From NCBI GenBank assembly GCA_038826135.1, contig JAWBON010000013.1:1-22189 (forward strand): a DNA stretch of 22,189 nucleotides, written 5' to 3'. Of this stretch, positions 8,129-17,853 are shown piece after piece. Under the pieces are notes generated by a model, which was not told the origin of the DNA, searched no databases, and saw only the letters and a program-made list of their open reading frames with translations. Numbering within the stretch: position 1 is the stretch's first letter; each line of letters starts with the position of its first letter. Position numbers and translations under genes: made by a program. Source of the stretch: Candidatus Odinarchaeota archaeon (lineage in GTDB: Archaea > Asgardarchaeota > Odinarchaeia > Odinarchaeales > Odinarchaeaceae).

Positions 8129-8680
8129 ATGCCTGAGGATAATGAAAAAAGCGAGAGTAAAATTAAGAAGCTAGAGGAATCTCTAAAGGAGACTAAGTTA
8201 ATGCTTGAAAAGGAGAAGAAGAATTCTGAGGATTATTTAACTAAACTGAAATATCTTCAAGCTGAATTTGAGAACATGAAGAAAAGAGTTTTAAAAGATA
8301 TTGAGAACAGCCGTCTCCAATACACTTGTAAACTGATTAAAAAAATCCTCACACCGATGGAAGAGCTTGAGCTGGCTATAGCAAGCTGCAATCAGAATTG
8401 TGATATGAACAAGTTTATAGAGGGGGTTAAAATGATTAGCTCCAAGTTAAAAAATATTTTAATCGAGGAGGGGGTTTCAGAGATTGAAGCTGAAGGTAAA
8501 ATCTTCGATCCAGCGCTTCATGAAGCTGTTCAATTTCAAGAGAGCAACGAGTACCCTGACAATTATATAGTATGCGAGTTACGTAAAGGTTACCGCTTGA
8601 ATAATTATGTGATACGGCCTAGTATGGTTACCGTGTGTAAAAATGTAAATGCAGTAAAGGAGGTGAAAGAGGATGGGTAA
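8129..8680 (+). CDS. grpE: Nucleotide exchange factor GrpE
   Basis: [40 protein letters not shown]. Start moved to the ATG at 8129 (GGGTGG SD); overlaps the dnaK start. Confidence 0.95.
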   Translation: MPEDNEKSESKIKKLEESLKETKLMLEKEKKNSEDYLTKLKYLQAEFENMKKRVLKDIENSRLQYTCKLIKKILTPMEELELAIASCNQNCDMNKFIEGVKMISSKLKNILIEEGVSEIEAEGKIFDPALHEAVQFQESNEYPDNYIVCELRKGYRLNNYVIRPSMVTVCKNVNAVKEVKEDG

Positions 8681-10523
8681 AATAATAGGGATTGATTTAG
8701 GAACCAGCAATTCCGCTGCAGCTGTTTTAGAAGGTGGTAAACCTAAGATAATACCGAGTGCTGAGGGAACAACCCTGGGCGGTAAAGCTTTCCCATCATA
8801 TGTTGCTTTTACTAAGGATGGTACATTATTAGTGGGTGAACCTGCTAGAAGACAAGCGGTGACTAATCCTGAGGGAACCGTATACGGTATAAAAAGGAAG
8901 ATGGGGACAGACTACAAAGTTAAAATATACGATAAAGAGTTCACACCTCAGCAGATTTCAGCATTCATCCTGCAGAAAATAAAGAGAGACGCGGAAACAT
9001 ATCTAGGAGAGAAAGTAGAGAAAGCGGTTATAACAGTACCAGCTTATTTCAACGATAATCAAAGGCAGGCTACAAAAGACGCGGGGCTAATCGCTGGTCT
9101 AGATGTTGTGAGAATCATAAACGAGCCAACAGCCGCCGCTTTAGCATACGGGTTAGATAAATCTGGTAAAGAGATGAAAATAATGGTTTTCGACCTAGGC
9201 GGCGGAACATTAGATGTCACTATAATGGAGTTCGGGGGAGGTGTGTTCGAGGTAAAATCTACCAGCGGCGACACGCAGCTGGGTGGAACCGACATGGATA
9301 ACGTTTTAGTCGATTACATAGTAGGAGAGTTCAAGAAGGAGACCGGAATAGATCTTAGAACTGATAAAACAGCTATGCAAAGGATTAGAGAAGCAGCTGA
9401 AAAAGCTAAAATCGAGCTTTCAACAATGCTTTCAACAGATATTAATTTACCCTTTATAACAAGCGATCAGAAAGGCCCTAAAAATCTTCAGATGACGATA
9501 ACAAGATCGAAACTAGAACAGCTTATAACACCTATAATAGAACGGTGTAGAGGTCCAATAAGACAGGCGCTTGCAGACGCTAAAATAACTGAAAAAGATA
9601 TTGAGAAAATAATTCTAGTAGGCGGCCCGACAAGAATGCCAATCGTTAAAAGATTCGTTGAAGAGGTGATGGGTAAACCCGTTGAAACAGGTGTGGATCC
9701 CATGGAGTGCGTGGCTATGGGCGCTGCTATTCAAGCAGGAGTGATAGCTGGAGAGATCACAGACCTCCTTTTACTGGATGTCACGCCTCTATCTTTAGGC
9801 GTTGAAACAGTTGGAGGGCTCATGACTAGAATAATCGAGCGTAATACAACAATACCCACAAGAAAAAGCCAAATATTCTCAACCGCATCCGATTTTCAAA
9901 CAGCAGTGACAATCCATGTTTTACAGGGTGAGAGACCTATGGCTAGCGATAACATTTCCCTTGGAATGTTTAATCTTGTAGGTATACCCCCAGCTCCGCG
10001 AGGAGTACCGCAAATAGAGGTTACATTCGACATAGACGCTAACGGAATACTTCATGTTTCAGCTAAAGACTTAGCTACTGGCAACGAGCAGAAAATAACA
10101 ATAACAGCTTCAACTAAGCTTACTGATGAGCAGAGGGAGAGAATGGTAAAAGAGGCTGAGAAATACGCTGAACAGGATAGAGTGAAAAAAGAAGAGGCGG
10201 AGTTGCTTAACAAAGCGGATAACATACTATACACTACAAATAAGACACTTAAAGACCTAGGGGAGAAAATACCTGAGAAAGAACGTCAGAACGTTGAAAA
10301 CATATCAAAAGAACTTGAGAAAGCGGTTAAAGATAGGAATATACCGGTTGTTAAATCTAAAATAGAAGAGTTAACCAATCTACTCCAGGAGGTAAGCACA
10401 AAAGTCTATCAGCAAGCAGCTCAACAATACGCACAGCAACAGGGAGCGCGCGATAAAGATAAAAAAGACAGTAAAGTGGTTGACGCAGACTACAAAGTAG
10501 TTGACGAAAAAGAGAAACAGTAA
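8673..10523 (+). CDS. dnaK: Chaperone DnaK (Hsp70)
   Basis: [52 protein letters not shown], and a C-terminal [10 protein letters not shown] motif. Confidence 0.99.
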   Translation: MGKIIGIDLGTSNSAAAVLEGGKPKIIPSAEGTTLGGKAFPSYVAFTKDGTLLVGEPARRQAVTNPEGTVYGIKRKMGTDYKVKIYDKEFTPQQISAFILQKIKRDAETYLGEKVEKAVITVPAYFNDNQRQATKDAGLIAGLDVVRIINEPTAAALAYGLDKSGKEMKIMVFDLGGGTLDVTIMEFGGGVFEVKSTSGDTQLGGTDMDNVLVDYIVGEFKKETGIDLRTDKTAMQRIREAAEKAKIELSTMLSTDINLPFITSDQKGPKNLQMTITRSKLEQLITPIIERCRGPIRQALADAKITEKDIEKIILVGGPTRMPIVKRFVEEVMGKPVETGVDPMECVAMGAAIQAGVIAGEITDLLLLDVTPLSLGVETVGGLMTRIIERNTTIPTRKSQIFSTASDFQTAVTIHVLQGERPMASDNISLGMFNLVGIPPAPRGVPQIEVTFDIDANGILHVSAKDLATGNEQKITITASTKLTDEQRERMVKEAEKYAEQDRVKKEEAELLNKADNILYTTNKTLKDLGEKIPEKERQNVENISKELEKAVKDRNIPVVKSKIEELTNLLQEVSTKVYQQAAQQYAQQQGARDKDKKDSKVVDADYKVVDEKEKQ

Positions 10524-10552
10524 AGATGAGTTTTAAAGGTGATCTTCTAGCG

Positions 10553-11629
10553 ATGAAAAGAGATTACTACGAAGTACTCAACGTTGATAGAAACGCTACC
10601 ATCGATGAGATCAAGAAAGCTTACAGACAGCTTGCTTTAAAATACCATCCTGACAGGAATAAATCCCCCGACGCGGAAGAAAAATTTAAAGAAATATCAG
10701 AAGCTTACGCGGTTTTATCAGACCCTGAGAAGAGACGTGCATATGATGCGTACGGACATGCTGGGATAGACGGCAGATACACTCGAGAAGATATTTTCAG
10801 AGACGTGGATTTCGAGAGCATATTCCGAGACTTCGGATTCGGAGACAGTATTTTCGATATGCTGTTCGGTGGAAGACGGGGTAGTAGAGTAAACTACGCT
10901 AAGGGAGATGATATCCAATACAATCTTGAGATAACACTCAGAGAAGCAGCCTTTGGCACTGAGAAAGAGATAACAGTTCCCCGGAGAGCTAATTGTACGG
11001 CTTGTAATGGAACAGGAGCCGCCTCAGAGTCTAGTATACTTAAATGTAAAACATGCAGGGGTTCAGGTCAAATACAGAATATACGGTTTACAGGCAACAC
11101 CCAGTTCATACAAATATTAACATGCCCGGACTGTAAGGGAACCGGGAGCTTTATAAAAGAACCATGCAGGAGATGTAAGGGAACCGGAGTTACAATATTA
11201 GAGACTAAAATAAAAGTTAATGTACCGAAGGGAGTTGACGACGGATACAGTCTTATTATAAGAGGCAAAGGGGAACCTAGTGAACGCGGGGGACCGCCCG
11301 GAGACTTATATGTAATTATAACTGTGAAAAAAGACCCTGTTTTCGAAAGAGTTGGAGATAACATCATATGTGAGATACCTATACCATTCACCACCGCCGC
11401 ACTAGGCGGAAAAATACAAGTTCCCACATTAGAAGATAAGAGGATTGAATTAAATATCCCGCCGGGAACCCAGAGTGGAACATTATTCAGGATAAAGTCT
11501 AAGGGAATACCGCACCTAGAAGGCGGGGGAGTTGGGGATGAACTTGTTAAAGTTGTTGTGAAAACACCTGAAAAAATAAATAAAGATGTTAAAGAACTTT
11601 TGCTTAAACTGCGTGAAATGGGTTTCTAA
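10553..11629 (+). CDS. dnaJ: Chaperone DnaJ (class A)
   Basis: J domain with HPD, G/F-rich region, four CxxCxGxG repeats, C-terminal domain. The likely start is MKRDYY at 10553 after a GGTGA SD. Confidence 0.98.
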   Translation: MKRDYYEVLNVDRNATIDEIKKAYRQLALKYHPDRNKSPDAEEKFKEISEAYAVLSDPEKRRAYDAYGHAGIDGRYTREDIFRDVDFESIFRDFGFGDSIFDMLFGGRRGSRVNYAKGDDIQYNLEITLREAAFGTEKEITVPRRANCTACNGTGAASESSILKCKTCRGSGQIQNIRFTGNTQFIQILTCPDCKGTGSFIKEPCRRCKGTGVTILETKIKVNVPKGVDDGYSLIIRGKGEPSERGGPPGDLYVIITVKKDPVFERVGDNIICEIPIPFTTAALGGKIQVPTLEDKRIELNIPPGTQSGTLFRIKSKGIPHLEGGGVGDELVKVVVKTPEKINKDVKELLLKLREMGF

Positions 11630-11690
11630 TTAATAATCCCACCTGTAAATTAAAGAATCTGTTAACGTTAATATTATCAGTAATTATTTA

Positions 11691-12737
11691 ATGGAGTGCC
11701 TAACTTTGAAAGAGGCTATGCTTTACCGGGTGGAAAACAGCATAGTAAACTGTTATTTATGTTCAAGATATTGTAAGATATCCCCGGGTCAGCTAGGTTT
11801 CTGCAGGGTTAGGGAGAATTTAAACGGTAAACTTTACACATTAGTTTACGATAAAGTTGTGTCAGCTAACCCTGATCCTATTCAGAAAAAACCATTATTC
11901 CATTTCGCTCCCGGGACGATGGCGTTCTCCATAGCTACACCAGGCTGTAATTTCAGATGCGATTTCTGCTGTAACTGGGTTATAAGCCAGAGCAGGAACA
12001 TAGTTGGGGAGAACATCCCCCCAGAGCAGCTTGTAGAGATGGCTAAATCATCAGGCTGCCAGGGAATGTCTTACACTTATACTGAGCCTACTATATTTTT
12101 TGAACTAGCATATGAGACAGCGAAGATCGCTCACCAAGAGAATCTGTATAATATGTTTGTAACCAACGGGTATATGACACCAGAAGCTGTTGACACTATA
12201 TCACCCTATTTGAACGCGGTTACAGTTGATTTTAAGGGTTCAGGTAACACTGATTTTTACCGTAAACACTGCCAAGTTTTCGACGTAGAACCTATTTATA
12301 AAACCCTTGAAGCTTGTAAAGAAAAAAAGATATTCATTGAAATCACGAATCTTGTTATACCGGAAATAGGCGAATATAAAGATGATTTTAAAAAACTATG
12401 CAGGTGGATAGTTGAAAAAATAGGTGAAGAAACACCACTGCATCTTTTAGCATTCCACCCGAATTATAAGATAACAGATATCTCAGCAACACCTGTAAGA
12501 TTAATAGATGAATCGATAAGTATCGCTGAGAGCGAGGGGTTGAAGCATGTTTATTCAGGGAATATTCCAGGTCATAAAAACGAGAACACTTATTGTCCAA
12601 GATGCGGGAACATGGTTATTGAACGCTACAGTATATTTCTAAGAGAAAATAAGCTTAAAAAAGGTGTGTGCCCTTACTGCGGATATAAATTAAACGTTGT
12701 TGAATGGCCTAGGAGCTCAGATCCAGTCTCCGCTTGA
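11691..12737 (+). CDS. amrS: AmmeMemoRadiSam system radical SAM enzyme (PflA-like family)
   Basis: N-terminal CYLCSRYC...GFCRVR, DPIQKKPLFHF, radical SAM motif CNFRCDFC, YTYTEP, and a C-terminal CPRCG...CPYCG Zn motif. Confidence 0.9.
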   Translation: MECLTLKEAMLYRVENSIVNCYLCSRYCKISPGQLGFCRVRENLNGKLYTLVYDKVVSANPDPIQKKPLFHFAPGTMAFSIATPGCNFRCDFCCNWVISQSRNIVGENIPPEQLVEMAKSSGCQGMSYTYTEPTIFFELAYETAKIAHQENLYNMFVTNGYMTPEAVDTISPYLNAVTVDFKGSGNTDFYRKHCQVFDVEPIYKTLEACKEKKIFIEITNLVIPEIGEYKDDFKKLCRWIVEKIGEETPLHLLAFHPNYKITDISATPVRLIDESISIAESEGLKHVYSGNIPGHKNENTYCPRCGNMVIERYSIFLRENKLKKGVCPYCGYKLNVVEWPRSSDPVSA

Positions 12738-13901
12738 AAGCTTCTGGGGCAAATAAGTGTTAGTTAAAAACTCGAATCCATGGCTGCTGAGAGCTTGAAT
12801 TTCAGCTTTACGTTTAAGTTCTATCATAAGTTTCAGGTCAGCCACCCAATCCTTGTTTTTCTGAACGAAAGGCTCTTTTAAAAGTTCTTTAGCCCGTTTT
12901 ATATCAGTGTCGCTCATCTTCAACCAGCATTCTTTAGGTATCTTATAGCTATCAAGATCCCTGCTTAATACGCCTAGAAGTTTTAATTCTGGTGTGGCTA
13001 AAAACGGTGACTCATAGCTTAAACGCTTACTACCACGTAAATAAACACTGTAAATATAGTATCCGTATGGATCAGAATCCATTAATGCGAAGGCCGGGAT
13101 CTTTAATGTTTTAACAAGTTTTCGCAAAAAGCTTCTAGTCGCTATATCCGCTGAGCCCTTCCCAGTTAATATAATACACGGGTATTTATTCCACCATTTA
13201 GCCTCGCTAAGCCGTATTAACGCAGCGTCTTTCTCAACAACTAGTATAAATTCCGCATCACTATCCAAGATTTTAATCTTGTCTAAGAAGGGAGTTATAG
13301 ACCAGCCGCCGCTTCCCAGCTTGGTTAAATCAATCCTGTCACCGCTGTCTTGAATAATCAGTCTTCCAATAGCCATACCCTTAGCGCTTGCAACAATATG
13401 TGTTGAGTCGCGGGTTGTATTAAGTAAAGGTGGTATATCATCTATTATCTTATCACTGTTAACCTGGTCTACGAAAAGGTTAACGTCATTATAGAATATC
13501 TCTCTTTTAGTTGCGTGAATGTCTTTTTCAACTAATGTGTGAACGATTTCCAACACTCTCATAGTTCTTGTAACGTCAAGAGAGGTTGCCAAGCTTAAAA
13601 GCGCACGGATACTCTTCTTTTTACCTAGAAGAAGTAGATCATTTTCCTCATCATATATAATATTGTCACCGCTTCGTTGAGGTATAGATATTACCGGCGG
13701 CGTTCTATTTTTTATCTGGTGGAGCAGTTCACGAGCTGCACTGTGGATTTTTTTATGAATTTCTTCAGCGGAGAGTTCCTCAACTATTACAGCTCCACTG
13801 GGTGGATTAAAACTACCCCGCTTTTTTTCTTTTAACTCTCGTTTCAGTAAATTTAGCTTCTCGAAATTATATTTATCTTTAACAGCTGGATTTTTAGCCA
13901 A
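12717..13901 (-). CDS. top6A: DNA topoisomerase VI subunit A (Spo11 homologue)
   Basis: TKREIFY (catalytic Tyr), TOPRIM VVEKDA and DSDPYG, KAEIQAL. The start is probably the TTG at 13901 after GGGGAT; the ORF track gives 13931. Confidence 0.96.
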   Translation of the reverse strand: MAKNPAVKDKYNFEKLNLLKRELKEKKRGSFNPPSGAVIVEELSAEEIHKKIHSAARELLHQIKNRTPPVISIPQRSGDNIIYDEENDLLLLGKKKSIRALLSLATSLDVTRTMRVLEIVHTLVEKDIHATKREIFYNDVNLFVDQVNSDKIIDDIPPLLNTTRDSTHIVASAKGMAIGRLIIQDSGDRIDLTKLGSGGWSITPFLDKIKILDSDAEFILVVEKDAALIRLSEAKWWNKYPCIILTGKGSADIATRSFLRKLVKTLKIPAFALMDSDPYGYYIYSVYLRGSKRLSYESPFLATPELKLLGVLSRDLDSYKIPKECWLKMSDTDIKRAKELLKEPFVQKNKDWVADLKLMIELKRKAEIQALSSHGFEFLTNTYLPQKLSSGDWI

Positions 13902-13937
13902 TTTAAAATCCCCTATTAAACCATATTGCAATAATAA

Positions 13938-15773
13938 CTATGTTTTCAATGTTAACTGTGTTAGTTTCTCCTTAACCTTGACGGTGGGGGCTTGAACTTT
14001 AGGTGATTTATCGCTTACAATCATTTCCTGTATAATATTATATAATTCTTCAAACCTCGGTTTCATCGCCAAGCCCGTATCTGTCTCGATAATAGAGGTT
14101 AAAGACTTGGTGAATAGTTTAGCATATTGAAGCAGCTTCTCCGAGCGCTCCTTCTTCCTAGTTTCAATTTCGTGTCGAATTATATGTGCTTTTAATTTTC
14201 GACCCAACTCTTCTAAGGCTAATTTGATTTCCTTAACCAAGATGTCGTCTGCAGCTAAAGCCTGTTTGCTTTGAGCTTTAAACATTACGTGAACGAACGG
14301 GCCGCTGACGTTTACAAACAGTTTTACAGGTCCTTTAGGGAGACCGTTATCGTAACGGTCTAATTTATAATTTTTCCAGTTCACACTGCTTGCAGCCTTC
14401 CATATCGCACAGTCAGAGTTATCTCTAAGCTTAGGAGTTCTATTCGTAAACCTGTAGAGAACAGAATTATTATACTCGCTTAAATCAGGTTTATTCGGAT
14501 CATAGGCTATAGCAGCCTCCACTACAAAGGCCAGACCCTTACTGCTTGTAGGCTGGCGGGTGACGGCTTCAACGAATTCGACATTTAAACTCTTTTTTAT
14601 AACGTCAGCTAAGACTTCGCTGCCTACTGGTACAACTGTGTTTACAGGCGGTGAAGGATATTTTATACTGATGAATGCTTTGTATAAAGCGTTTATCTGC
14701 TCGTCTGTTAAAGATTTAACATTTGTGGACGGTGCGATCTTGGATTTAAGCGATTTATTAGCTATTTTAATTATTTCTTCAGCTCTTTTTTCACCTATTC
14801 GACAGAAAGATTTTGTGAGAAAATCAGTGATCTTTGATGCGCTTGTATTTCTGACTGCTTCTTGAAAGTCGCCGATACTAGTGGACTCAGGGTGAGGTTC
14901 CGTGTAAACCGGTTCAGCAGGGAATTGGGAGACTTTCCTAGGATACACCCAGATTTCGCTGTTAGGGTCTATGAATATTAAATTTACATGACTGTTAAGT
15001 AATGCTGATTGCCTAATATATTCGTCAGCATATCCCTTAACATATTTAACGTTGAGAAACCATAATTGAACATAGGTTCCGTGATTGAACGGAAGCCCCA
15101 CTGGTGTAGAGGGGACTGTGTATTTTTTCTTATTTTCACCTGTTGTATAGAACACTTGGAGGATACCTTTCTTCTCTTTAACGTGTTTGCTCACCACTGT
15201 TATCGGTTTACCTGTTGTATTCTGAGCGTCACTGAAAGCGCTGGGGGCTCCGAAGCCTTGACTTCCCCGGGTCTGTTTAAGCTTCTCGGATTTACTTGAA
15301 GCCAGGTATATCCCGAATTTTTCAACGTCAACCGGCTTCATTCCAACGCCGTTATCAAATGCTTCGAAACAATACATCTCTATATCTGAACCTTGAATGT
15401 CGTCTGGTAGTATTTCAGGTTTCTGAACTCTTTGCATTATAATTATTGCAACAGGCTCCTGGTTTATTACATCTTTTAAAGGTTCAATTATCTTGTTTAA
15501 TCTTGATAGAATAGCTTCAGGTTTCGCTTTTTCCAGAGAACTATCCCCCGGTTGAATCCGGTAATTTATATTGGGCTGTTCAGATTTCATATTTTTAAAC
15601 GCGTTGAACTGCCATTGAGCTGTTTCAATAGCGTCTAAAGAGTTATCTAGAAACTCAGCCACATACTGGGTGTGTTTATGTCTTTCTATTGAGAAACCTA
15701 CTAGCTGGGTTCTCTTCCTCATAAACTGGGCTATGCTACCTTCTTTAATAACACCTTCCGGGTTTGAGACCAT
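13938..15773 (-). CDS. top6B: DNA topoisomerase VI subunit B
   Basis: GHKL motifs EFLDNSLDA, DNGVGM, RGSQGFG, HGT; H2TH-like FLTKSFCRIGEKRA; transducer RFTNRTP and SKQALA; lies directly upstream of top6A. Confidence 0.95.
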   Translation of the reverse strand: MVSNPEGVIKEGSIAQFMRKRTQLVGFSIERHKHTQYVAEFLDNSLDAIETAQWQFNAFKNMKSEQPNINYRIQPGDSSLEKAKPEAILSRLNKIIEPLKDVINQEPVAIIIMQRVQKPEILPDDIQGSDIEMYCFEAFDNGVGMKPVDVEKFGIYLASSKSEKLKQTRGSQGFGAPSAFSDAQNTTGKPITVVSKHVKEKKGILQVFYTTGENKKKYTVPSTPVGLPFNHGTYVQLWFLNVKYVKGYADEYIRQSALLNSHVNLIFIDPNSEIWVYPRKVSQFPAEPVYTEPHPESTSIGDFQEAVRNTSASKITDFLTKSFCRIGEKRAEEIIKIANKSLKSKIAPSTNVKSLTDEQINALYKAFISIKYPSPPVNTVVPVGSEVLADVIKKSLNVEFVEAVTRQPTSSKGLAFVVEAAIAYDPNKPDLSEYNNSVLYRFTNRTPKLRDNSDCAIWKAASSVNWKNYKLDRYDNGLPKGPVKLFVNVSGPFVHVMFKAQSKQALAADDILVKEIKLALEELGRKLKAHIIRHEIETRKKERSEKLLQYAKLFTKSLTSIIETDTGLAMKPRFEELYNIIQEMIVSDKSPKVQAPTVKVKEKLTQLTLKT

Positions 15774-15844
15774 TATAGTTCACTTTCCTCCATTAATAAT
15801 TCGTGTTAGTATTCCACTCATTAAAATAATTAATTCATATAAAA

Positions 15845-15866
15845 TAGTTTGTGTATATAAATAAGA
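15845..15866 (-). promoter_or_regulatory. Candidate TATA box for top6B-top6A
   Basis: TTTATATA on the minus strand at 15861-15854, about 80 bp upstream of the top6B ATG. Confidence 0.35.
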
Positions 15867-15906
15867 GTAAAGGTTATAGCTTATACGTTTAAACCAACTT
15901 TTACAC

Positions 15907-16161
15907 TTAGCTCTTAAACTTGAAGTCACTGGGCTCGTTTCCTTCTTCAATAATCACTGGTTTAGTGTTAAACAATTTAAACTGTCTTTTTATTGTGATC
16001 GCCGCAGTGCTTGCCCTATACAGATCACTAGGTGAGGCCCCCGCTCCCCTCCATATCCAAAGCTTACTTTCTTTTTCATCAACTATTATTGCAGTGGAGC
16101 CGCTGTCTGGCTTCCGCTCTATTTCATTTAACCCGCTCTGTGTTACTTGAAAGATTTTCAT
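15907..16161 (-). CDS. Single-domain gelsolin/villin-family protein (Asgard 1DGel-like actin regulator)
   Basis: Strong AGGAGG SD. The 84-aa protein has the gelsolin core AIIVDE...LWIWRGAGAS, a long helix and a C-terminal IEEGNEPSDF motif. Confidence 0.85.
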   Translation of the reverse strand: MKIFQVTQSGLNEIERKPDSGSTAIIVDEKESKLWIWRGAGASPSDLYRASTAAITIKRQFKLFNTKPVIIEEGNEPSDFKFKS

Positions 16162-16394
16162 ATTATGCCTCCTGCTAATTTTATTTATAGATGATATTCT
16201 TCAGGTGGTTATTAAATTTTTTGTATTACCACTACATAAATCCAGTCATGGGGTGGTTGAAACATACCGATTTCTAAGATACTATCTAATTCTCAACTCT
16301 GACAAATCGGATAACTAATTAAATACGGTTAACATATAGATATTAATGGCCAGAAACGGCGGGGTGTTGGAAAGAGTTAATTAAAGGTGGTTTT

Positions 16395-16757
16395 TTGGGC
16401 GAATTTTATACCTATATCTCCGAGGCCCGGAAATATATTACTTTAAAAAAATATTATGAAGCCGCCTCAATATATGAAAAACTTGGCAAAACACTTTTTA
16501 AAACAGATGTTAAAACTGCTTTAAACTTGTTTAAACTTGCAATAAAATATTATCTTAAAAGTATAGTGGAATATGATAAAGCTAGAAAACTAGAAGAAAC
16601 AGCTCGATGCTACGAGTCTTTGGGGAAAATATATAAAAAATGGTTAAATGATACAAGTAGAGCGGCGGATTATTTTATAGCGGCTACAAAATATAGAATG
16701 AAGGCTTTAAAGACAAGTATAGCCTATAACAACGGTGAAAATACAAGTACAGTATAG
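16395..16757 (+). CDS. TPR-like helical-repeat protein resembling alpha-SNAP (NSF attachment protein)
   Basis: AAGGTGG SD plus TTG. Repeated helical hairpins: YYEAASIYEKLG, ALNLFKLAIKYY, TARCYESLGKIYKKWLNDTSRAADYF. Confidence 0.6.
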   Translation: MGEFYTYISEARKYITLKKYYEAASIYEKLGKTLFKTDVKTALNLFKLAIKYYLKSIVEYDKARKLEETARCYESLGKIYKKWLNDTSRAADYFIAATKYRMKALKTSIAYNNGENTSTV

Positions 16758-16833
16758 TATTTATTTCTAATTGATTAGCGTAATATAAAGATAGTAGAGT
16801 TAATAAAGAAAAGTTGTTTTTAGGTGTATAATA

Positions 16834-17853
16834 ATGAAGGTTAGAGCTTCGATTGGCAGCGCGATAAAACTTAAAAAACTTCAAGGCTGGCTTTCAGTCG
16901 AACCTACTACGATATATCTTATGACTTATTTTAAAAATAAATGCTTAGCAAACTGTTCTTTCTGCACGCAGGCCCGCTCAAGTTCAACTAATAATAATAG
17001 TTTATCAAGAGTAAGCTGGCCTGAGTTTGAGCTGGAAAAACTATTTGAAGACTACAGCGACGTAAAATTTAACTTTTTAAAAAGAATATGTATTCAAGCA
17101 ATGAATTATAAGAGTGTTTTTCGAGACATTGTGAAAATAGTCAGATATGTGAAAAACGTTTCGAAACTACCTGTTTCGCTTTCAATAAAACCGTTAAACA
17201 GTAAGCAGATCAGACTCCTTCACGAAGAGGGTGTTGAAAGAATCTGCTTCCCAATGGATGCGGCGAGCGAAAAATTGTTTAAAACGTTTAAGGGAGTTGG
17301 AGTAGGCGGCCCCTACGATTTTAAAACTCATTTAAACGCTTTAAACAAGGCTGTTGAAATATTCGGGAGATTTAATGTCACAACTCATTTAATTATAGGT
17401 TTAGGTGAGACTGAAAAAGAGGCTGTTGAATTCATTTTCAACATGAGACAGCTGGGTGTTAACGTAGGCTTATTCGCTTTAACACCGTTAAAAGGCACGT
17501 TCTTAGAAGATGCAAAGCCTCCTTTAAAAGAATCATACAGACGGGTTCAACTCGCCAGATATCTTATTTTCAATGAAAATTTGAGTCGCGAAGAGTTGAC
17601 GTTTGACCGAAACGGTTTAATAAAAGATATAAACCTACCGTTAAATCAGCTTAATAAAATAATTCAATCAGGGAAGCCGTTCTTAACATCGGGATGCCCT
17701 GGCTGTAATAGACCCTATTATAATGAGAGGGTTTCAGGCCCTGTTTATAATTACCCTTCCATGGATCTTGTTAAAAAAGACATTCAAAAAATTAAAACAG
17801 AGTTAGGTGAACTGTTTAATGAGTTGGAGAGTTATTCCGCTTGCAGTAAATAA
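16834..17853 (+). CDS. lipS2: Radical SAM lipoyl synthase subunit LipS2
   Basis: CLANCSFC radical SAM motif plus C-terminal TSGCPGCNRP, matching the TXGCPXC(N/D)RP LipS2 signature; adjacent to lipoate ligase genes. Confidence 0.85.
   Translation: MKVRASIGSAIKLKKLQGWLSVEPTTIYLMTYFKNKCLANCSFCTQARSSSTNNNSLSRVSWPEFELEKLFEDYSDVKFNFLKRICIQAMNYKSVFRDIVKIVRYVKNVSKLPVSLSIKPLNSKQIRLLHEEGVERICFPMDAASEKLFKTFKGVGVGGPYDFKTHLNALNKAVEIFGRFNVTTHLIIGLGETEKEAVEFIFNMRQLGVNVGLFALTPLKGTFLEDAKPPLKESYRRVQLARYLIFNENLSREELTFDRNGLIKDINLPLNQLNKIIQSGKPFLTSGCPGCNRPYYNERVSGPVYNYPSMDLVKKDIQKIKTELGELFNELESYSACSK

Noticed and set aside
10473-10506. Short direct repeat AAAGT(G/A)GTTGACG at the dnaK 3' end
   Set aside because: It just encodes the KVVD...KVVD C-terminal motif and is not an independent repeat element.
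1934-14865. Many antisense ORFs inside the longin, MFS, rfcL, cren-like, dnaK, dnaJ, amrS and top6B genes
   Set aside because: They lie entirely opposite well-supported genes and show no recognisable motifs.
15357-15629. Intein in TopoVI-B
   Set aside because: No N-terminal Cys/Ser block, no terminal His-Asn, and too short for even a mini-intein.
16162-16394. Possible small RNA (ACCAC...GTGGT pairing) between the gelsolin and SNAP-like genes
   Set aside because: The pairing is short and weak, with no C/D boxes or tRNA features; it cannot be supported.
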